A stretch of DNA of 63,215 bases, the filler included, from Dirinaria sp. TL-2023a (lineage: Eukaryota): the NCBI GenBank assembly GCA_051941275.1. It is 23 parts of 23 records of this genome, joined end to end, with 100 filler letters (N's around TTAATTAATTAA, not from the genome) between each part and the next. Parts side by side here need not be neighbours in the genome. Positions count along the whole stretch, not along the records: positions 1 to 2,678 come from JAVEBF010002223.1; positions 2,779 to 5,454 come from JAVEBF010002224.1; positions 5,555 to 8,229 come from JAVEBF010002225.1; positions 8,330 to 11,004 come from JAVEBF010002226.1; positions 11,105 to 13,777 come from JAVEBF010002227.1; 18 more parts are not named here. One strand, 5' to 3'. The position numbers were made by a program, and so were the translations under genes. Below the pieces are notes generated by a model. It did no database searches. It saw only the letters and a list, made by a program, of their open reading frames with translations, and was not told the DNA's origin. Below, in pieces: positions 1-11,196 of the stretch (the stretch's first letter is position 1; the number at the start of each line of letters is the position of its first letter).

Positions 1-518
1 GGGGCGCCGAAGAGGAGGGAGTGCTCGAGGCTTATGTGGCATTGATTAAAGTGCTGATAATGGGATTTTTATGAACAGTTCGATGCGATCCCGGTTAATG
101 TTGTGGCGGTGGCCCAGCAGCAGGTTGCGGAGCGGCCGAGACGGTTTGGTGACCGGTTGCCTCGATAAATGGGTTGCTTGGGTATGGATATTGGGGAAGA
201 AGGGATGTGATTTTGAAGGCATGGATGGTTCTTCAGATGTGGAGGAGCTGGAGCTGTTGTATCTACAGTAGGTAGGTACATGAAGTAGGGTTGCAGTCCG
301 CAGTCCGGGTTCAATTTCCCGAATATGAATTTGCTCAATCCGGTGCCATTCTGATTTGGAATGAATAAGGAGATACTGCGAAGCTGCTTGAACGTTCAAA
401 TCCCGTACTGATCAGGGAGCTACAGAAGCCGTCTACGGACGTGATGACCTGAGATGCACTTCTTGAGTCTAATGCTGGACCCAGCTAACGCCTCGCTATG
501 CCATTCTCAAGCTCTATG

Positions 519-1653
519 CTATGCAGTGTCCATCGTATCCTCATCTCTACCCCCATCGTCTCCTTTCTTAGCATCCTCATTCTCCTTTTGTACCTCGGGA
601 TCTGCCTTCTTCGGCTCCTCTTCTTTCGGCTTCTCCACTGGAGCATCCACACTCCCACTTGCCTCTCCATCCGCATTCAACAGCGGCTGACTCTCGCCTC
701 CTTCCTCTGGGATCCCTTCCAAAGTAGGCTCTTTCGCGCCGTCGGCCTTGCCTTCCTTCTCCTGCCGCGCTTTTTCTTCCTCCATGCTCATCCGTAGTGC
801 GAGCGCCAATTCAGGATCTGTGCTTGGGTCGACTCCGAATTCGAAGTCATTGCCACCTCCGCCACCCGCGCCGCTGTCCATTCCGGCTTCGCCTCGTGGT
901 GCGACTCCGTCGCCGGCTAATATCGGTGATGAAACGAGGTGGTCACTCAACAGACTGGGACCGGGTGGGATAATAGCGAGATGTGAACCATCGCCGCCTT
1001 TGATGTTCTCATTGAAGGCTTCTAGTTTCTTCGTGTTGACGGGGTCCAGGTCGCCGAAGGCAACGAAGTCGATCGAGACATTGTTCTTCTTCATTCGCTT
1101 GGCGAGTTTGACGAGGCTCTTTTCGTCTTCTTCTATCGGCGAGCAGGTGAAGACGATGATGCGCTGCCGTTGGGATTTGTTCTGTCGGTGTTTCAGGGCG
1201 AGCTGCCTGGCCCATTAGTCCTGCAGGTGAGCTCGCCAAAGATTCCTCGGTCAACCTACGCCTGCGATTTGTATACCTGTAGCCAGGTGCGTGCCTCCCC
1301 TTATTTTGGTCCTGTGAATGCCGTCCAGGACTTTTCCAAAATCTGTGGTCAAGGTCACGAGTACTTCGGGTCCTTTGCCACCCATGCTCATGAGCCCGAC
1401 CGATGATTCTGGGTTTGCTTGTGTTTTGGCTCCGAATATTAGATTGACGGCGTCGGCTTGTGCCTCCCATCTTGACGGTCTGGAGATTTATGAGTTAAGG
1501 TCTTCCAAAGTGGGGCAGCGTAGTTTTTGAGCCTACACATAGTCGCCGTTCCTACTGCTTTCACTGTTGTCAACCCTAGAATAGCTCATCAGCGGAGGCT
1601 CATGCCAAATCTCAGTATGAAGCTTACACTATCATAGTCGCCTCGAGGACCAT
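519..1653 (-). CDS. RPN10: 26S proteasome regulatory subunit Rpn10 (VWA + UIM), 4 exons
   Basis: Spliced translation MVLEATMIV/VDNSESSRNGDY/PSRWEAQADAV...LALKHRQNKSQRQRIIVF...FGVDPSTDPELALALRMSMEEE. GT-AG introns start at 1627, ~1536 and ~1258; stop at 519-521. Confidence 0.96.
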
Positions 1654-1970
1654 GTTGCCGGAACCCTCACGTGAAGGCTACTCAAAGTATTCAAAATAGA
1701 CCGATTTTGTAGATCAGACTGCGAAGTAGTCTGCAACAGTAAGACTGTCGTTTGATGCACTTTTCAAGATCCCTCTGTACTGTACTTTTATGAAGCTCGC
1801 AGCAGATCGCACGCCAAGCCTACGGCTATTCTTCGCTTAAATAAGGCAGGTGCTAATCCCTGCTTTGTTTACGATACTCGTAAACCTTGACTCTAGGTCT
1901 GCCAACATACATCTTACTTTACATATTTGCCTTTCGACGTTTCGTGATACTCATTTTTCAAATCCAAAGC

Positions 1971-2678
1971 ATGGCTCCAGCGAAAATTAAGAAAACCGAA
2001 GACTCTTCAGAGTTGGCAGGGAAAGATGAGCAACAGCGCAATGTCGTCCTTCAATCTCCCTCCAGGACACCAACCCAGAGCCGGGCGAAAAAGCCCTTGA
2101 TCATCACAGAAGCCCAGAAGCAGGCTTTGATCGACAATCTACAACTAGAAGGTACATCGCCATGCACGTCCACCAAAACTCAAGACTGACGATCATGGCA
2201 GTCACCGAACGTGCGCGAAAATTGCGCGCCCAGTACGCACTCCAAGCACAAAGCCTGCGCGCAAGGATCGAGCTCAGGACCAACCGCATACCGACTTCAA
2301 TGCGAAAAGCCAACATGGGCGAGCTCTACGAGAAATATCAGCAAGCTGCAAAGCCTGCAGCCCCCAAAACCTCGGAAGAAAATGGCGAGCAAGAGAAAGT
2401 TAAGTCTCCCGTGAAGGACGTCAAAACAACAGCACCCGGGCGACCAAAAGGCGTAAAGAGAAAAAGGTCATTTGGTCCACCAATCAAACCCCAAATGCCC
2501 AAGCTGACCCATATCTAGCTCAGAACTCGACAGCGCCGATAAAGAAAACACGCCTGAACCGGGCCAAATCCCCAACCCCAAGAAAAGGAGCAAAACCGCA
2601 GCAGCGAAAGGACCCAGCAACAACCGCCAAATACCAAACCCATCCACGGTCCTCTCCCCCAAATCGCCCAACTCCCGC
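1971..2678 (+). CDS. Borealin/Nbl1 N-terminal domain protein (chromosomal passenger complex), 3' truncated
   Basis: After removing intron 2152-2201: QKQALIDNLQLEVTERARKLRAQYALQAQSLRARIELRTNRIPTSMRKANMGELYEKY, typical of fungal Nbl1/Borealin_N proteins. Divergent from RPN10. Confidence 0.8.
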
Positions 2679-2778
2679 NNNNNNNNNNNNNNNNNNNNNN
2701 NNNNNNNNNNNNNNNNNNNNNNTTAATTAATTAANNNNNNNNNNNNNNNNNNNNNNNNNNNNNNNNNNNNNNNNNNNN
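2679..2778. other. Artificial 100-bp contig spacer (N44-TTAATTAATTAA-N44), first of 22
   Basis: The identical spacer, with stops in all six frames, recurs at 5455, 8230, 11005, 13778, 16550, 19320, 22090, 24856, 27622, 30387, 33145, 35898, 38648, 41396, 44141, 46878, 49614, 52347, 55071, 57788 and 60502. Intervening segment lengths never increase (2678 down to 2614 bp). Confidence 0.99.
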
Positions 2779-3647
2779 GGGTGGTGGAAGGTTCAGGGGT
2801 AAGAATGTACTCTCCGTACTACCCTTACTGTATACGGAGTAGACGTCGGCGTGTGTGTGGGATTGGGTGGTTTTTTTCGGCAATGAACACGCCAGGGTTT
2901 TAGGGGAAGGAGGAAAGCAATGCAAAAGCGTCAGCTGGAGCTAATGTAAGCCACATACGCCATCGGGGAAATAAAAACGACGAAACCTCGATGACGAAAG
3001 TTGTGGGTTGTTTCATTGGTTACCATTTTTTGCTCCTGGTGAAGGCTTTCTGAGGTACCTGCCTATGTACGAGTACCTCAGTGCATTACTTAGTATGAAT
3101 TGGAGAGCTTGTAGTGGATCTTGGGAAAGGTGGATTTGGAATTGGAACATGGGAGAGCTCCGTTAACGAGCTCCAATTTTGTGGGAGGGTGCTTATCGTT
3201 TGCTTTGGACTAAATATAGTTTGGTAGTTTAAAGCGCCCAGTTGCAAGTAGAGAGTGAGAGAATTGATGTAGCAATAATTGAATGTTTTGTTTGAAAATT
3301 CTATAAAACATCCATCGAAGAATCCATCCAAGAGTCCATCGCGTTAGCGAGAGTGGGTATAATATCTTATTAAAAGTACAGAGTTCCCAGCAGATTTCGT
3401 CCCCAACACCTTGCTAAAACCGCATGTCCATGGCTTCCTCGTTCATTGTAGAGACAGCTGTATGAAGGTCTCTCATAATAATACAAAGCGCAAGAGCGCC
3501 CATGCAGAAGGACCCCACGAAGCCCTCCAAGATGCTTCAGTCTATGTGAAACACATGTGCAGCGGCGATGAAATGCCGAATCAAAAGTTGGGTATCTCTT
3601 TGCTGAAAACGATCGTGAAACGCAAAATTAAAAAAATGAGGGTCTGA

Positions 3648-4752
3648 TTATTTTTCTGATACCCATGAGCCTTCAGGAGAGCCGTGGTCGGACATGCGCT
3701 CACCCTTGTGGACCTTGCGGTGGCGGCGAAGGTTCGAGACGACGGAGAAGTGGCGCCCGCAGCCATCAACTTCACAGGCGTAAGGTTTTTCTCCTGTGTG
3801 GCTGTACATGTGCGTTTGAAGTGAGCTGGGTCGAGTGAAGCGCTTATCGCAGACCTTGCACTTATGCTTCTTCTGGGTACTGGACGATATTTTGGAGTTA
3901 AATTGGCCCATCATGGATTGGGGTGCGGGCAGACCTGGCCCTCCAACAAGTGTAGATGGCCGAGGTAGGGTGCGGGATCCGACGGAATCCATTTCGGACT
4001 GTGAGCTATACCCAGAGACCGAAGAATCGACGGAGCCATAATATGAACTGTAGCCTGAGCTGGCGGCAGAGATGGAAGAATGGGATGAGTGGGAGGATGG
4101 GAAACCATAAGATTCTGCAGACGACTGCCGTTCTCGTCCATAAACATTCCGCGGCGTGGTGAGATCTTGACTCATGGCTACCATTCCTCGTCCGGCATCA
4201 ATTGCGTCAAAAGCATCAGGATGCGGTGAACCGGAAGATGTGCTTCTGCATCTTGGTCAGTTCGTGAAGCCAACAATGCGTGGAGGGATGAACTAACGTA
4301 TGTGAGAGCCTACGCCCACTATCTGGTTGCGAGGAGACATGGCTGAAGGAGCCTAAATTGTATGGCGCTGAGGTCGGTGCGTACGAAGGTGCCGTGCTGG
4401 TAGAATATGGTTGATCGTACATATTCCTTGGTGCGTTTAAAAGCTCTTGCTGTTGCATGCCCAATAATTCTGGCTGGTGGTATGACCCACTCGCAAAGCC
4501 TGGTGTGCTGGTTGGCAAGGTATGGGACGACACCGAGACATTGTTCCCTCTAGCAGCCTGCTGCTTTGAGAGCGAATCAAAACCGGGATGATTTGAACCA
4601 AGCGAAGTCGGGAAAACCTGAGATGACGAGGAGCCAGATGTTGAGCCTGCCCAAGGATTGGTGAAACTTGGGCTTGGCCCTGGAAATGGCATGTGGTCGT
4701 AATGCATACCGCCGCCGAGATGGCGAGTCTGGGGATCCAAAGTCATCGTCAT
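3648..4752 (-). CDS. flbC: C2H2 zinc-finger transcription factor, FlbC-like, 2 exons
   Basis: C-terminal [55 protein letters not shown] matches Pezizomycotina FlbC. One GT-AG intron (~4247-4298) joins the two ORFs in frame. Confidence 0.88.
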
Positions 4753-5554
4753 TGTCGCTTGGAACTCGGAATGGCAATAGCCGAAAGTCGTTCAGAAAAT
4801 TATATGCGAAAGAGGATCGATCTGCACTGTCGGCAGGTAAAAGTCAACAGTGCGAGTCGAAGGGTTGTTGCGCGTGTCGAAGAATGCCCAGGCGCGGTAG
4901 AACAACAACAACAATGACAACAAATATGTTACAAAGGTATGCGAATGCTGATAATACTCCCTGCTCTGCGAAGCATTTGATATGATGGTTAGAGCATAGG
5001 ATGATGTGCCTCACGTTATCCGAGTGATCAATCTGAGTGATCAACAGGAGGAACAATGATAGCGTTTGAATGGTACTAAGGACCACGAAACGGAGGGAAA
5101 GGTGTCTTTACATAACCAGTGGAGGATTCGCCGACGCACAAGGGCTGCAGGGGGGGAGAGCAGATGAAGGCGCACAGGGTCTGCAACAACCACCTTTGTC
5201 AATGGCTTCAAATGGCTTGCACAGTTGCGCCCAAAACCCATACGCTAATGATTCTGATGCCTGCTTTGACTGGCTGCAACCCACAGCAGATACGACGTCA
5301 ATTTGCCGGAGAAATGGTGGGCACTGGATGACTAGATTAGAAACAGCTTAGGGGAGTGCGCGCTCTGAGCTAGCAGCAAGCCACCAAAAAAGCCATCGAA
5401 GCAGATGTAAGCCCGGCGCGCGACAAGACGTTGTTAGCCTGTTAGAGTGTTAGTNNNNNNNNNNNNNNNNNNNNNNNNNNNNNNNNNNNNNNNNNNNNTT
5501 AATTAATTAANNNNNNNNNNNNNNNNNNNNNNNNNNNNNNNNNNNNNNNNNNNN

Positions 5555-5986
5555 CCTCTCCACCCTTTCCCTGCACTCCTCCAACCCCATCAAACCACCA
5601 TTCTCGCCCCTGCTGGCCCGACATACCTCAACTACCCTCACTGCCAGTTCGAAGTAGAAATCATTGACATCGCCCCCCAGCATCTGCGCCCACCAACTCC
5701 CTTTGCCGCCCTTGACAGCCTTGCCTTTTACATTGCTGCCCGCCAACGGATCCACACCGATCGCATTGCACATACGCGCAAACTCCGCGCGGAAGGTTGG
5801 GTTGGATTTGATGGTGTCGGCATGTTGAAGGGCGAAGTTGTGCAGCAGGGACTGGAAGACGGAGAGCTGGGTTTTCAAAGAATCGATGTGCTTGTTGCGG
5901 ATGGAGGCGCCGTGCGTGGCATACTGGGTAGAGAGCGAAGAACGGTTTTGGAAGGCGGAGAGACCGACTCCGCGGCGAGAAGACAT
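5555..5986 (-). CDS. SNF8: ESCRT-II subunit Snf8/Vps22, 3' truncated
   Basis: MSSRRGVGLSAF...LKTQLSVFQSLLHNFA...NPTFRAEFARMCNAIGVDPLA...DFYFELAVRVVEVCRASRGENGGLM is the EAP30/Vps22 signature. Confidence 0.93.
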
Positions 5987-6234
5987 GTAGTCCTCAGCTA
6001 GAAATCCCTGGCGGCGATGAAGATGATCATTTCGTAAGGTAGCCCTTAAGCATGTCCGAGGTCCACAGTCCGAGGGGTTCATGTCATATGCCAAGCACTC
6101 CTTGGCACAAAACTCGGTCTAGCCCTGAAGGAGCCTAGCTTCCTTTAACCGACTTCCACAAAGATTTCGGACCTCTGACTTCGAATAACCACAATACTCC
6201 AACATCTCACCACGACTACGACAAGTCCATCAAG

Positions 6235-7825
6235 ATGCCTCCTCAGAAGCATCAGGCCACAGTTCAGACGTATGCTATTCTTTCTGCCTCCATGCTTTCA
6301 GCAATTGCACCAACAATACAGCCATAGTCACATTCCGTTGGCAGCTGGTCTACCAGCTTGAGCCTGGCCTTGCCAGCTCGATAACTCCCACAACCTGTTC
6401 CGGGAATCAGACAATCATCCAAACATGATTTGTCCGCCTGGAGTAAGGAAACGGGGTTTTGAGGGTGAAGGCTTGAACCATCTCCTCTAAATTCAATGCC
6501 GCATTCGGCCCTCTCAGAACAGCTTGGCCTGGTACTCGCTGCTTCGCAACGAGGTGTCGAAAAAATGCGAGTCTAATTCTCGAGCTCCGCTCGAGGTCTT
6601 GTCGGTTGAGATAACACGAGCACACCGGGAACGGGTTCCCACTTGAAAAAGTGGCTTATTACCAAGTAGCTCGATCTCACCGATCAAAAATATTCGTCGA
6701 GTTCATGTGTCCGGATCCCAGAATGCCGCTCTGCTGCAATTCTCTACTCGGCGTATTCTCTCACACTCGATGGATTGACTGTGCTGACCTCGTGGCCTCT
6801 GGCAATACAGAAGCGTCCCCACCCAGGACCAGATCCTTGTCCCTGAGACCCTCCTCAAGAAGCGCAAGAGCCAGGAGAAGGCGCGCGAGGAACGTGCTGC
6901 TGAGACCGAAAAAAGAAAGAAGGTCAGTTACACTCGAGGAAGCATGCCCGATAGCCTGGTTGAGACACCAATGTGGACATGGTGATGATACCTACCAATC
7001 ACGCGACTAGTCCTTCGGGTCGATGCTGTCGCTTTCTTTTAACCATCTTTCGGGTCTGACAGTCCACGAGAGCTTTCCACTTTTATTCCGTTTAATCTAT
7101 CACGGTGCACTAACAATAGTACCTCCTACAGGCCAATAAAGAAAAACGTGCTATCATCTTCAAGCGCGCCGAAACCTACATCAAAGAATACCGCGATGCC
7201 GAGCGTGAAAAGATCCGTCTGTCTCGCTTGAGCAAGCAGGACGGTAGTTTCTACGTTCCTGCCGAGCCACAACTTGTCTTCGTCGTCCGCATCAAGGGGT
7301 ATGTCCAACCCACCCCCAATCCACTCCCTCCCACTCCTCAAACTAACCCCCCTTGTCCCCAACAGCATCAGCAAAATAGCCCCAAAACCGCGAAAAATCC
7401 TACAACTGCTGCGCCTGCTGCAAATCAACAACGGGGTTTTCGTGCGCCTGACCAAAGCCACCAGCGAAATGCTGAAGATCGTGGAACCGTACATCGCGTA
7501 CGGGTACCCGTCGCTCAAAACCGTGCGGTCGCTCATCTACAAGCGCGGGTACGGGAAGATCGCCAAGCAACGCATCCCTTTGACCGACAACCAGCTGATC
7601 GAGGACAACCTGGGGAAATACGGTCTCGTGTGCATCGAGGATCTGATCCACGAGATCTTCACCGTCGGGCCCAATTTCAAACAGGCGGCGAACTTCCTCT
7701 GGCCGTTTAAGCTGAGTAATCCCAACGGAGGCTTCAGGCCGAGGAAGTTCAAGCATTTTGTCGAGGGAGGCGATCTGGGTAACCGCGAGGAGAAGATCAA
7801 TCAGTTGGTTGCAAAGATGAATTAG
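6235..7825 (+). CDS. RPL7: 60S ribosomal protein L7 (uL30); exons 6235-6269, 6811-6922, 7132-7298, 7366-7825
   Basis: [71 protein letters not shown]. Canonical GT-AG introns keep frame. Confidence 0.97.
6973..7067 (+). ncRNA. Intronic box C/D snoRNA, snR39B-like (LSU rRNA 2'-O-methylation guide)
   Basis: In RPL7 intron 2: terminal stem GTGGAC (6973-78)/GTCCAC (7062-67), box C GTGATGA (6982-88), box D CTGA (7056-59). The guide ACCATCTTTCGGGT (7042-55) is complementary to the conserved LSU rRNA segment ACCCGAAAGATGGT. Confidence 0.9.
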
Positions 7826-9087
7826 ATTAAGATCCATTATTGATCCTATCAAATATCCCCTTTTCCACCCTCCTCTTCTATGGGTGTGGACTTATTGCAG
7901 TGTGTATCTTACCTTAAAACCAAAAAGGTAGCATCCATCCATACCATACCTTACATACATCCATACATAGCGAAGGGAAGGGACGAATGGAATCTCATGC
8001 ATGCATGCCCGCCCCTGAACCACAACCACAACCTTCTTAGTATCCCGATTTTTCCAAAAATCCACTTCTCCCGGTTGCACAATCATCATGGCTTAACTAT
8101 CACGTCTTTCCCCCCTCCTCGTCCTCGACCAATAATTTACTTCAGCTAAGGTAGCTTCCACATTCCCTCTCCTTTTCTTTTTTCCCCCTTTTTCATGAAA
8201 GCGCAGGGAAAGGATCTGTGGTCCCAAACNNNNNNNNNNNNNNNNNNNNNNNNNNNNNNNNNNNNNNNNNNNNTTAATTAATTAANNNNNNNNNNNNNNN
8301 NNNNNNNNNNNNNNNNNNNNNNNNNNNNNGAAAGTGGTGATGGTGACGGTGGTGGTCGTCGAACACTACTGTACTGTGAATGTGCAGAGAGTTTCTTCAA
8401 GTCAGCGAGTACGGTAGCGACGAGGTGCCGGGTTGTAAGACGCCTCAGGCTTCCATCCGATTGGTGGGAACTTGAGACCTCTCCTCCCGAGTTAAGCGAA
8501 AACAAAGGTTTTTTTCGCTTCCAACATCACCGACGGGAACTTACCCTTGTAGCTTGTCATTGTTGTCCGGCCTATTTGCCTACGAGCCTTTAGTCTACCT
8601 TGATGCTCATGCACAGAAGACCTCGTCCAGATAGGTTTTGAGACCTTTTATCTAGAAGGGTCATGGGCCATGTGTCGCAGCGGGATCCAATCACTCAAGC
8701 ACTCAATCCAGGTGTCCTCAAACCTTGAGATCGGAAGCTTTCATGGATAACCCGACGCAATGAAGATCAAAGATCGCGTGAAAATTGAAAGTATCTAGCA
8801 GCATATGCTGAATGATATGTGTGAGTGAATGGATCTTGTGATGTCACCGTGTCACAGCTTGGCCGACACGAAAGGTATATCGCAATGAATGTCCGTTTGG
8901 ACAAAAGCTCGTCCATTTCCCTATGCTTATCATTTATGACAGTCTCAAAGTACAGGCCCACATACGCCGTCTGCTTAGCCTGGCCACCCTGGTACGCTCC
9001 TAGTCTCCGATGACAGGACCCAAGAAACCGTTCCTCCTTAACACCAGGCCCTTTCGTTCGAATTGTTGGCGCTCGATGGCCTTCCGC

Positions 9088-9782
9088 TCAAGAGGCAGAC
9101 CGAGCGATCTTGCATATCTCGGCACTAGGATCTTCACTCTCTGCGTGACATGTACGAGCAACGTCGCTTGTGTCTGCAGCAAGCTCTCGGTGTTCGGCGC
9201 ATATCGTGGGGCCGACGATGCTTGTGTCTGCACCTGGCTCTTCATTCTCCCCACATAGAGTATGCTCATTGCCAGAGTCACACTTTAGGGACTCGGAAGC
9301 CTCATGAGAAGAGCTATTGTTGGCTTGGAGGGAGGTGTCTCTGACTTCTTCCACGCCTATCACCGCTGTCAGTGGTGCTGGCGGCGTCGTGGACAGCTCG
9401 TCATCGTGAGTCCTCGAGCTGAAACTCTCGTGATCGGACTCGGACGCTTCGATGGACCCCACCTGCCGTTGGCCAAGCTCTACTTCGGTAGGGTTCGCCG
9501 ATGGCTCTAAAACACGTCAAAATACAGTCCACTAGACGACGAGAGTATCCGGCACCCACGATCAGCATGCTGACTTGGAGTGGCATCCCGGACATGCCAC
9601 ATAATCCAAGCTCTACGCCCTTGCCAGAAGGTGACAAGGCCAATGAAGAGGGCACAGAGGCCAAACACAATGTCTGTGATGGTTTGAGAGGAATTGGATT
9701 GGAGTGATGTATCAGCGAAGGGAGGGGATGACTGATGCTCAGCCTTGTCCGGAAGGGTGGATGAATAAGGCTGCGGTGCCAT
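9088..9782 (-). CDS. Hypothetical single-pass membrane protein, 2 exons
   Basis: Hydrophobic TDIVFGLCALFIGLVTFWQG. A GTGGGT...TTTAG intron joins ORF 9507-9782 in frame to the Ser/Glu-rich ORF ending at 9088. Confidence 0.45.
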
Positions 9783-11196
9783 TGCAGTCTGACAGTCGAA
9801 GGAAGTTTGGGAAGCTTGTGTGATCTGCCTGAGCCATTGTAGCAGAGTCGTACCTTATATATATCTTTGATCATTTGGATGCACACAACCAGAACGGCAA
9901 ACCGCAATTCCTTCAAGCGATCAGGCTCAGGAAATTACCCACTTTGCCATAGCGTCTCCTAAGATTTTAGTCTACAATACCTTTCGCTTATACTACATAG
10001 AGCCATCACTTTTTTTTTGCCTCACTATCTCGCTGCACTAAGGTACTTACGTGTACTATATTGGCATCGCCGTCAATCTTTAAGACGCGACACGAGCTTG
10101 TGTTGTATCATGTCGGGCATGTGTACCCTCAACAGGGCCTAGAGTGTCAGCCACTGGATACGGCATCGCAGTACTGCACGCTGCATGGTCTGCACCTTCG
10201 CTGCCAAATCCCATTCAGTACTAGTAAGCTGACCCTGCCACAAGCCCACAACATATTATCTCGAGGAAAGCCTGTCCCAAATGGCGCTCTGCTTCCAGTT
10301 GATACTAACGAAATCCAGTCACGCAGCCGGCAGCAGGCCATCATGCAAGCATTGCACCGGGGCCATGGCGGGACCCTTGGGCCGCTTCGTAGTTAGGTAA
10401 GTCTTCCATTGGCTGAACTCGCACCGCTACGGTTGTTATGGGTTTTCCATGTGTGTTGCGGAGGGACTGCCAAACAGGGTTTAGACCCTGTCTCCCACAC
10501 ATATCCTTATCCTTCTTTGTATCCTACCTAGGACCTCTTGATTCCACAGCTTTTATCGATATTATTACCCACCACATCATGTGCATGACCACCTATGGCT
10601 TCGTGCCCTAACAACGGTAGTCCGAGATATGCAACGAATCCAACGATGCATCACGGCAACACACCGTTTCGACCTGTGCACAGTGCCGATCAGTAGTAGC
10701 GTACGGGTAGGTTTGATTTCTCGTGTCTCAGTCAATCCATCGATAGATGGAAAAACAGGCAACCACGCGATGCCCGATTTGGGACATGTGTCTACTTTGG
10801 ACACCGCTCTGCAAGACGGACGTGTTCCAGTTCACAAGTATAAGGTTATGACATGCAAAGAGGGGAATATAACATTATGAAACACTCTACTGTAAGTCCC
10901 GCACACATACACACACTGGGTACCTCATCTCCTCAAGGCATAATAATCACTTTTCTCTTCTGCTATGTTCAGTAGTACTCCCCCACCTTTCCTAATTTTC
11001 ACACNNNNNNNNNNNNNNNNNNNNNNNNNNNNNNNNNNNNNNNNNNNNTTAATTAATTAANNNNNNNNNNNNNNNNNNNNNNNNNNNNNNNNNNNNNNNN
11101 NNNNACGAATTTGAAAAAGACGGCGAATCAATAATAATAACAAAACCCAATCTAAAGATAAGACAGACAGCCAGTAAAAGGAATGTATGTACGTAA

